Shown here piece by piece: positions 31,651 to 39,135 of a stretch of DNA of 64,000 nt. This DNA comes from Halofilum sp. (in: g-proteobacteria) (GTDB lineage: Bacteria; Pseudomonadota; Gammaproteobacteria; XJ16; Halofilaceae). The stretch's first letter is position 1; each line of letters begins with the position of its first letter. A model generated the notes under the pieces. The model was not told where the DNA came from, did not search any database, and saw only the letters and a list, made by a program, of their open reading frames with translations. The position numbers and the translations under genes were made by a program. The stretch is taken from assembly GCA_040880995.1 (NCBI GenBank), contig JBBEEB010000104.1, forward strand, positions 128 to 64,127, in the 5' to 3' direction.

Positions 31651-31672
31651 GTAGGTCGGGCTTTGGCCCGAT
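31651..31672 (+). repeat. GTAG-family REP
   Basis: GTAG-GTCGGGC-TTTG-GCCCGAT. Confidence 0.75.
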
Positions 31673-31704
31673 CGAACCCCGCTGCACGATTCGGTCAGGC
31701 TGAA

Positions 31705-31865
31705 GAGACTGTGTAAGAAATCCGGCGCCTACTGCGGAAGCGCCACAGCGGCCGCTTTTGACGATCCTTCTCGTCGCATAAGACCCACTATGTTCCTCGA
31801 ACGATCGTCAAAATCGCCTCGCCGGGCCACTTCCTCGCTACGGCGCGGATTTCTCACACAGTCTC
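31705..31865. mobile_element. 161-bp non-autonomous MITE inserted in a REP loop
   Basis: 20-bp TIRs GAGACTGTGT(A/G)AGAAATCCG at 31705-31724 and 31846-31865; TGAA direct repeat at 31701-31704 and 31866-31869; internal 11-bp inverted repeat at 31756-31766 / 31803-31813. Confidence 0.82.
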
Positions 31866-31976
31866 TGAAGCCTGACCTACTGCGTGCGTGCAGCGCGCGA
31901 TCGACGTCCCGGCGAGTTGTGAATGCCGCACCAGTGCCGCTACCCGAAGCACCCTTCAAGCCCTACACGGCCCCGG

Positions 31977-32288
31977 CTACGACTGAGCGCCGCTGGCCTC
32001 GACGAACAAACGGCGCCAACGCGCCAATCCCTCGGCGCGGATCGTGAGGTCGGTCTCCGCCCTCCCCTCGGCGATGGCCGGATCGATGTAGACCTCAAGG
32101 CCATCGATCTCACGTTGCAGCCAGCGCCCCGGCTCGTCCGGGCGGCGCGCTTCGGCCACGGGCAGCATGGCGGTGCCGCCGCAACAGCCATGACGCGGCG
32201 ACGCGCGCAACGTCACTGCGCCGCCGTGGCGCCGGAGCCAGTCGCGTGCCCCGGCGTCCACGTGGATTCGCGGCCCGTGCGGCGTCAC
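31977..32288 (-). CDS. Small HesB-like CC-motif protein (resembles the CC/Se-motif family) in the ars operon
   Basis: GTG start overlaps the acr3 stop (GTGA); RHGCCGGT motif; DGLEVYID pattern typical of HesB/IscA-like folds. Confidence 0.7.
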   Translation of the reverse strand: MTPHGPRIHVDAGARDWLRRHGGAVTLRASPRHGCCGGTAMLPVAEARRPDEPGRWLQREIDGLEVYIDPAIAEGRAETDLTIRAEGLARWRRLFVEASGAQS

Positions 32289-33382
32289 GCACTCGCCCCC
32301 ATCGCCTGGCCAGTCGGAAATCGGTCGCGCGTGCGATTGGCGATGCGCACCAGGGCGAGCATGACGGGCACCTCCACCAGCACGCCGACGACCGTCGCCA
32401 GGGCCGCGCCCGACTGCAGCCCGAACAGCGCGATTGCCGCGGCCACCGCCAGCTCGAAGAAGTTGCTGGCGCCGATCATGGCTCCCGGGGCCGCCACTGC
32501 ATGCGGCACACGCCAAACGCGGGCCCAGCCGTAGGCGAGCGCGAAGATCAGGAAGGTCTGCACGATCAGCGGAATCGCGATCAGCACGATATGCAGCGGA
32601 TTGTTGAGGATCACCTCGCCCTGGAAGGCGAACAGCAACACCAGCGTGAGGATCAGGCCGGTCGGGGTGACCGCGCCGAGGCGCGGCATGAAATCCTTGT
32701 CGAACCACTCGACGCCCCTGTGCGCGATCAGCGCCCGGCGCGTGGCATAGCCGGCGGCGAGCGGGATCACGATGTAGAGCACCACCGAGAGTGCCACGGT
32801 GTTCCAGGGCACGCTGATGTCGGAGATGCCCAGCAGGAACACGACGATGGGCGCGAAGGCGAACAGCATGATCAGGTCGTTCACCGAGACCTGTACCAGC
32901 GTGTAGGCCGGATCGCCGCGGGTCAGGTAGCTCCAGACGAACACCATGGCCGTGCACGGTGCCGCGCCCAGCAGGATAGCGCCGGCCAGATACTCGCGCG
33001 CCAGCGCGGCCGGGATCAGCGGTTCGAATACCACCACGAGGAAAAACCAGGCGATGGCGAACATCGTGAACGGCTTGATCAGCCAGTTCACCGTGGTGGT
33101 GATGATCAGGCCTTTGGGCTGTCGCCGCACGCCAAGGATGGAAGCAAAATCGATCTGGACCATCATTGGGAAGATCATGGCCCAGATCAGGATCGCCACC
33201 GGGATCGAGACCTGGGCGTACTCAAAGCGCGCCAGCGCAGCCGGCACGGCCGGCACCCATTGGCCGAGCGCAATCCCCACGATGATCGCCAGGGCCACCC
33301 ATACGGTCAGGTAACGCTCGAACAGGCCCATACCCTCGCGGATATCGGGGGCCTGCTGTGCAATTTCGGAGTTGGCGTTCAT
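32285..33382 (-). CDS. acr3: ACR3-family arsenite efflux permease
   Basis: FERYLT.WV, NWLIKPF, LLGAAPCTAMVFVWS, GASNFFELAVA and VGVLVEVPVML. Confidence 0.95.
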   Translation of the reverse strand: MNANSEIAQQAPDIREGMGLFERYLTVWVALAIIVGIALGQWVPAVPAALARFEYAQVSIPVAILIWAMIFPMMVQIDFASILGVRRQPKGLIITTTVNWLIKPFTMFAIAWFFLVVVFEPLIPAALAREYLAGAILLGAAPCTAMVFVWSYLTRGDPAYTLVQVSVNDLIMLFAFAPIVVFLLGISDISVPWNTVALSVVLYIVIPLAAGYATRRALIAHRGVEWFDKDFMPRLGAVTPTGLILTLVLLFAFQGEVILNNPLHIVLIAIPLIVQTFLIFALAYGWARVWRVPHAVAAPGAMIGASNFFELAVAAAIALFGLQSGAALATVVGVLVEVPVMLALVRIANRTRDRFPTGQAMGASA

Positions 33383-33407
33383 CGGCTCACATTCTCGACA
33401 TTTCGAA

Positions 33408-33866
33408 TCAAAGGGTCGGTTTCGTCTCGGGGCCCGCGGACGCATCGCTGCGCAGCAGATCGTGCTCAGCGAGCAGCGCGTGGACCCGCGCGCGAATGTC
33501 ATCGCGCACACTGCGAAACTCGGCCGCGATCTCATCCTCAGTCCCCCGCGCTCGAGCGGGATCGGGCAGCGGCCAGTGGACCTTACGCGTGCCCGGCGGC
33601 AGCAGGGGACACTGCTCGTCGGCGTCTCCACAGACGGTGACTACCAGATCGGCACTCGCCAGCATCGCGTCATTCAGCCGAGTCGACTGTTGGCCGGAGA
33701 TGTCGATACCGACTTCGTTCATCGCCGCGATGGCACGCGGATTCTGACCATGCGGATCGATGCCCGCGGAGGCCGCGCCGGTCCCGTCGACGGCCAAGGC
33801 GCGGGCAAAGCCCTCGGCCATCTGGGAGCGGCAGGAGTTACCGGTACAAAGGAACAGGATGCGCAT
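33408..33866 (-). CDS. arsC: Thioredoxin-type (LMW-PTP fold) arsenate reductase
   Basis: FLCTGNSCRSQMAEG P-loop, TVCGDADEQCP and HW.L.DP. Confidence 0.93.
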   Translation of the reverse strand: MRILFLCTGNSCRSQMAEGFARALAVDGTGAASAGIDPHGQNPRAIAAMNEVGIDISGQQSTRLNDAMLASADLVVTVCGDADEQCPLLPPGTRKVHWPLPDPARARGTEDEIAAEFRSVRDDIRARVHALLAEHDLLRSDASAGPETKPTL

Positions 33867-33882
33867 GGGACGTCTCCAGAAT

Positions 33883-34218
33883 TCAGTCGCAAGCGGCCGA
33901 GGGACGGCTGGGCATGCTGGCCAACCGCTGGCGCACGTCGCTCAGTGCCTCGGCCTGAAAGGTCGCCTCGAGCACGTCGTGTGACCACGGCGGCAGTGCC
34001 GGATGCAGGCGGTAATGGACCCACTGCCCGCGACGCTCGTCCTGAACGATGCCGAGGTCGCGCAGATGACCGAGATGGCGCGAGACGCGCGGCTGCGAGA
34101 GTTCGAGCGCATGCACGAACTCGCATACGCACAGGCGCTCTTCCGCAAAGAGCAGCAGGAGGCAGCGCAGGCGCGTCGGATCGGAGAGCGCGCGGAAGAA
34201 TTGCTCGGGCTCATGCAT
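33883..34218 (-). CDS. arsR: ArsR/SmtB family repressor
   Basis: FRALSDPTRL, ELCVCE-type box (RLCVCE), SQPRVSRHL..LR and R.GQWVHY. Confidence 0.93.
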   Translation of the reverse strand: MHEPEQFFRALSDPTRLRCLLLLFAEERLCVCEFVHALELSQPRVSRHLGHLRDLGIVQDERRGQWVHYRLHPALPPWSHDVLEATFQAEALSDVRQRLASMPSRPSAACD

Positions 34219-34220
34219 AT

Positions 34221-34276
34221 TCGTATATCCATATATATACGAGTGCGACTATAGCGCCGACGCAAGCGACCCGCAA
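34221..34276 (-). promoter_or_regulatory. ars promoter and operator
   Basis: Minus strand TTGCGG-N17-TATAGT. An 8-6-8 inverted repeat TCGTATAT/ATATACGA (34221-34242) abuts the arsR start. Confidence 0.65.
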
Positions 34277-34555
34277 CCGGTCCATGAGTCGGCGGACGAG
34301 GGTGGGCATCGGTCGCCGCCCTGAGGCCAAACGGCGCGATTGATTTGCCGAAGTGCTTCCGCGGGGAACCCCCCAACAGCTCTATGGTCTCCCGTTGGTT
34401 GCCCAGGACCCCAGCAATCCAAATGCATTAACATTCAAGCCTTGGCCCCCCGTTGCTGATCACGACCAGCATCGCCTCGGGGTCCAGCGCGAGCGCAGCC
34501 ACCTTGTCTTCGCAGCTGGCAGCTTCGGCCCGAGTCGCTCGCCGATGGAGTAGTC

Positions 34556-37234
34556 ATGGAACGCCAACTCCCCCAATCGAGGCGTGGTACGACGGACTTG
34601 GTCGAATCCGAGTGCCGCCGTGCGCTGGAAACCCTCGTCCTCGGAGCACCGCTCGAAGACGCGCTCGACGTGCTCGTCCGCGCAGCACAAGTGCGTGCCG
34701 GGGGCGGTGCGCACGCCGCCGTGTTCATCCCTGCCCGTGACGACACCGGATGCGCCGTCGGCGCCGCCTCCGATCCATCTTTTGTGCATGTAGGAGTCGA
34801 CGCCAGGTCCAGTAGCGACCCCGCTTCCCAGACCCGCCGCCGGGCGGCATTAGCTGGCGAACCGATCATCGTCTCCGACGTCACGACGGATCCGCGGAGT
34901 CAGGATCTGGCCGATCGCGCCGATCAAAGCGGTATCCGCGCCTGCTGGTCCTATCCGATCGCCACATCGCGCGGCGAGGTGACCGGCAGCTTGGAGGTTT
35001 ATCCGGTTCGAACGTGCGAACCCGGGCCGGAAGATGTCGCCTGGCTCGAGGCGCTCGCACATACAGCCGGCGTCATCGTCGAACGAGATCTGGAGCCGAG
35101 CGACAAACGGGAACGGCTGGACGAAGAGCGCGATGCGCTGCTCGACATGGTAGCGGCCGGGCACCCGGTGGCCGATTGCCTTTCGGCACTGTGCGCCGCG
35201 ATCCCGCGGCTCGATCCCGGCACCCGGGCTTGCGTTCAACTCGCCGATGCCGAGCGCCGGCGGTTTCGCGCCTCCGTTGCTCCCGACTTCGAATCCATTT
35301 TCCGCGAAGCGGTCGAGGGCGCACCGGTAGACGATGTAAAGCTCGGCAGCTGCGCTGGTGCGATATCCCACGGCCAATCCGTGACCTGCCCCGACACGGA
35401 AAACGACCCACTTGGGTCTCAGGCATGGCGCGACCTATGCGTCGCATGCGCGATTCGCGCGTGTCATGCCGAACCCATCATGGATTCGAACGCTCGCCCC
35501 GTGGCGTCCTTCATGCTGTGCTTCGATCAACCACAGCTGCCCGATGCGTGGGCGCGGCGCCTTGCCGCATTCGGCGCGCGCATCGCCGCCATTGCCCTCG
35601 GGCGCGAACGCTCGAACGACGCACTGCGGGAGAGCGAAGAACGCTATCGCGCCGTGGTAACGGCGACATCGGATGTGGTCTATCGGATGAGCGCGGATTG
35701 GAGCGAGATGCGCACACTCCGCGGCTATCCCTTCCTCAGCGATACGGAAGAACCCGACCGGGACTGGCTTTCCAAATACATCCACCCGGATGACCAGCCG
35801 AAGGTGTTGGAAACAATCCAACAGGCGATTGAACACAAGAAGATATTTGAACTCGAACATCGGGTGCTCCGCCCGGATGGCACGTTGGGCTGGACACTCT
35901 CGCGCGCCATTGCGGTACTCGATGAAGACGGCGAAATCACCGAATGGTTTGGCACCGCCAGCGATATCACCGAGCGCAGGCGCGCTGAAGACGCGTTGCG
36001 TGAGTCTGAGGCGCGACTACGGGAGCTGAACCACTCGCTCGAGCAACGGGTCGACGAACGCACCCACGAACTGCAGCGCCAGGCAGAGCGCTTGCGCGGC
36101 TTGGCCATCGAGCTCACCACCGCCGAACAGCGTGAACGCCGACGGCTCGCCGCCATGTTGCACGACGACCTACAGCAATCGGCCGTTGCAGGTAGGATCC
36201 AACTCAAGCAATGCCGGTCGCGGGTATACGACCAGACCGCGATCGACGCGATCGGCACCACGGAAGACCTGCTGGACGAGATCATGGCCACGTCCAGGGA
36301 TCTGACCCGCCAGCTAAGGCCCGCGGCGTTGTACGAGGATGGTCTGATCGCGGCACTTCGTGGCCTGGCTTCGGACATCGAACGTCGTTATCTCATGCAC
36401 GTAGCGCTGGACTCCGGCGACGCGAACCCCGCCCTCGCAGAAGATGCCAAGGTGTTCGTATTCGAGACCTGCCGCGAGTTGCTGATCAACGCCGCCAAGC
36501 ACGCAGACGCGGATCGAGCCACCATCTCGATTCGACACGAACAGAAGCATCTGCACGTAGCCGTGTGCGATCGAGGCGCGGGCTTCGATCCCGAAACCAT
36601 CGACACGCCCACGCCTCATGGCACCGGATTCGGCCTGTTCAGTATCCGCGAACGGCTGGCCGCCCTGGGCGGCAACCTTCAGATCGAGTCCGCACCCACC
36701 TGGGGCACGCGAATCGAACTCGCGTTACCGGTCACGGATCTCAGTGACTCTGGCGCCCCCAGAGAGTTCCAGGCGGCTCATGCGCAATTGGTCCCCGCCG
36801 ATGCATCAAGCCATTGCACCCGGGTGCTGCTGGTCGATGATCATGTCGTGGTACGCCAAGGCCTGGCGCAGCTGCTCGAGTCGCACGCCGAACTGGTAGT
36901 CGTCGGCGAGGCCGGGGATGGCGCCGAGGCCGTTGGACTGTTCCAGCAGCGGATGCCGGACGTAGTGCTGATGGACGTCAACATGCCAGGCATGAACGGC
37001 GTCGAGGCCACGCATCGGATCTGTCGCCGGTGGCCCGAGGCCATCGTCATCGGATTGTCGGTTCAGGATAACCTCGCCACGGATGACATGATGCGCGAGG
37101 CGGGCGCGGCGGGCTTCCTCGCCAAATCAGGGAATGGAGAAGAGATGCTGGCGACCATCCGCCGACTGACCTATAGCGGCGGTCACAAGAGTGCGTTCAC
37201 AGATTGCCACGAAACGGGCGGACGCGCCGTGTGA
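34556..37234 (+). CDS. Hybrid sensor kinase K3: GAF-GAF-PAS-HisKA_3-HATPase-REC
   Basis: RRRLAAMLHDDLQQ, ELLINAAKHA, FGLFSIRER and VDDH...MDVNMPGMNG...AK. Confidence 0.9.
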   Translation: MERQLPQSRRGTTDLVESECRRALETLVLGAPLEDALDVLVRAAQVRAGGGAHAAVFIPARDDTGCAVGAASDPSFVHVGVDARSSSDPASQTRRRAALAGEPIIVSDVTTDPRSQDLADRADQSGIRACWSYPIATSRGEVTGSLEVYPVRTCEPGPEDVAWLEALAHTAGVIVERDLEPSDKRERLDEERDALLDMVAAGHPVADCLSALCAAIPRLDPGTRACVQLADAERRRFRASVAPDFESIFREAVEGAPVDDVKLGSCAGAISHGQSVTCPDTENDPLGSQAWRDLCVACAIRACHAEPIMDSNARPVASFMLCFDQPQLPDAWARRLAAFGARIAAIALGRERSNDALRESEERYRAVVTATSDVVYRMSADWSEMRTLRGYPFLSDTEEPDRDWLSKYIHPDDQPKVLETIQQAIEHKKIFELEHRVLRPDGTLGWTLSRAIAVLDEDGEITEWFGTASDITERRRAEDALRESEARLRELNHSLEQRVDERTHELQRQAERLRGLAIELTTAEQRERRRLAAMLHDDLQQSAVAGRIQLKQCRSRVYDQTAIDAIGTTEDLLDEIMATSRDLTRQLRPAALYEDGLIAALRGLASDIERRYLMHVALDSGDANPALAEDAKVFVFETCRELLINAAKHADADRATISIRHEQKHLHVAVCDRGAGFDPETIDTPTPHGTGFGLFSIRERLAALGGNLQIESAPTWGTRIELALPVTDLSDSGAPREFQAAHAQLVPADASSHCTRVLLVDDHVVVRQGLAQLLESHAELVVVGEAGDGAEAVGLFQQRMPDVVLMDVNMPGMNGVEATHRICRRWPEAIVIGLSVQDNLATDDMMREAGAAGFLAKSGNGEEMLATIRRLTYSGGHKSAFTDCHETGGRAV

Positions 37235-37300
37235 CGGCCCCCATGTCGTCCAAGACGTGCCCTCGCGATTCGAGGAAGTCACAACCACGAGGACAACTGG

Positions 37301-38911
37301 CTACGCATCTCGCCTAGTGCCCAACCGGCGCGTCCGAGCACGCCGCCGGCGCCAGCCTTTGCCGCGCCGGCCAGTACGCCTCAACGGGAGCCGCAACCGG
37401 ATACGGCAACCACCGTTGGAGGCGACGTCGAAACGGCCGCCGAGCAACTCCACGCGCTGGCGGATGTTGGCCAGACCATAGTGCCCCGAATTGGTCTGCG
37501 TAAGCTGGTCCGGGTGGACGCCCGCGCCACGGTCCTCCACCTCCACCTCGAGCCATGAGGATGTGCGCCGCAAACGCAACCAGGCGGTATCGCTGTCGGC
37601 ATGCTTGACGACGTTCAGCAGCAGTTCGCGAGTCGCCTGCAGAACGAATGAGGCGATCTCGGGGAGTTCCGCGTCCGAGGACTCATCCGTCTCGACCTGC
37701 ACGTCGAGGCCATGCCGGTCGCGTGCCTCCTCGCCGAGCCAGCGCATGGCAGCCGCCAGCCCGAGCGTATCGAGCACGGGTGGATGCAGTTCCACCGACA
37801 AAGTGCGCGCGTTGCCGATGGCCTCGCGAATCAGCGCGTCGGCCCGCTCGCCGGCTGCGACTTCCCCGCCGCGCAAGCGCGCGACCGCCATGTTCGCGGC
37901 GACCAGCAGTTGTTGCAGGTGATCGTGCAGCACCTGGGCGATCCGCTGGCGCTCGCGGTGCTCTGCGCTGCTGAGTTCGCGCGCCAGATCCTCGGCCCGC
38001 GTCCGCCGCTCGTCCGACTCCGCCCGCAACAGCGCCGTGACGTAGGTCGCGACATTGAGTGTGAATGCGAACACGACGTCGCGCAGGAAGTAGACGTGAA
38101 AATCCTGCGGATTCGCCATGCGCAGCTCCAGCGTACTCAGGGACAAATACACCACCGAGGTGAGTCCGACGGCCGTCGCGGCCCACTTCACCGGCACGCG
38201 CATCGCGATCGCCAGATGCGCTGCGACGAGCAGGTAGCGTGCCTGTTCGGGGGCCGGCATCAGCAGCACCAGCGTGGTCACGCCGGCCAGCGCGGCGAGT
38301 TCGCCGGCCTCGCGCAGCCCGAGATCCAGCTGCATACGCGCCAGCCACAACACGAACGGCGGCGCCAGCGCCAGCAGTCCCATCCAGTCGGACAAGGCCG
38401 CGGCATGCCAGGTAGCGCTCCACCCGATCCAGGAGTGGGTCGTCACCAGGCCGCCCACCCATTGCCCCAGCACCAGCGGGACCGCGCCTACGAAGCAGGC
38501 CACAGGCGCCGCGACCAGCATCGCGACGAGGAAAGGGCCGGCGCGGGCCAGATAATCCTCGCCTGTCATGCGCCAGATGAGCCACGCGGCCAGCACGGGC
38601 TCCACCGTGGCCGCCACACCATTAATCAGCGCGCCACCGACCTGGGCCAGCGTTACACCCCCGTCATACGTGCTGAGCATCCCCGCGGGCACCGACACGA
38701 GGAAGATCAACGGCCACACGCGTAGGCCGCGCGTGAGCACGAGCGCCAGGCCGATGCCGGCGGCAGGCCAGATCAATGGCGCGGGCGCATTCGCCGCACC
38801 GAGCAGCTCGGCGCCCCAGGTGGCTACGGCGAAATACGCCGCGAGCAGCCCGCCCGTGGCGAGGCGCCCTGCGGGCGCAATGGGAGGCTGGGACGGGATC
38901 GGGGCTTCCAT
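37301..38911 (-). CDS. Sensor kinase K4: MASE1-HisKA_3-HATPase, no receiver
   Basis: IWPAAG MASE1 motif with several TM helices; RQRIAQVLHDHLQQ, ELLLNVVKHA and YGLANIRQR. Confidence 0.88.
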   Translation of the reverse strand: MEAPIPSQPPIAPAGRLATGGLLAAYFAVATWGAELLGAANAPAPLIWPAAGIGLALVLTRGLRVWPLIFLVSVPAGMLSTYDGGVTLAQVGGALINGVAATVEPVLAAWLIWRMTGEDYLARAGPFLVAMLVAAPVACFVGAVPLVLGQWVGGLVTTHSWIGWSATWHAAALSDWMGLLALAPPFVLWLARMQLDLGLREAGELAALAGVTTLVLLMPAPEQARYLLVAAHLAIAMRVPVKWAATAVGLTSVVYLSLSTLELRMANPQDFHVYFLRDVVFAFTLNVATYVTALLRAESDERRTRAEDLARELSSAEHRERQRIAQVLHDHLQQLLVAANMAVARLRGGEVAAGERADALIREAIGNARTLSVELHPPVLDTLGLAAAMRWLGEEARDRHGLDVQVETDESSDAELPEIASFVLQATRELLLNVVKHADSDTAWLRLRRTSSWLEVEVEDRGAGVHPDQLTQTNSGHYGLANIRQRVELLGGRFDVASNGGCRIRLRLPLRRTGRRGKGWRRRRARTRRLGTRRDA

Positions 38912-39135
38912 GTTTGACGTGGGGCATCCTGTCCGCTGATCCCTGGAGACTCCACGCAGAATAGTTGCCAGCCCCGTTCGGGGCCACCGCGCACGACGAT
39001 TGGCCAACCCCATGGATAGGGTGACTCACTGCAAGCCGCTCCGCTCCGGGAGGAGCCCATCGCGCGCCGAGCCGATCCGCGAGATGCGCACCTCGCCTCG
39101 CTGAGGCACCAACACATGCCTCCACGGCAGTATCG

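Noticed and set aside
32185-32196. Selenocysteine in the CC-motif ars gene
   Set aside because: Both codons are TGT/TGC and there is no in-frame TGA.
31977-32957. 326-aa ORF-track call
   Set aside because: The first 223 codons are an off-frame read of acr3; only the C-terminal 103 aa were kept.
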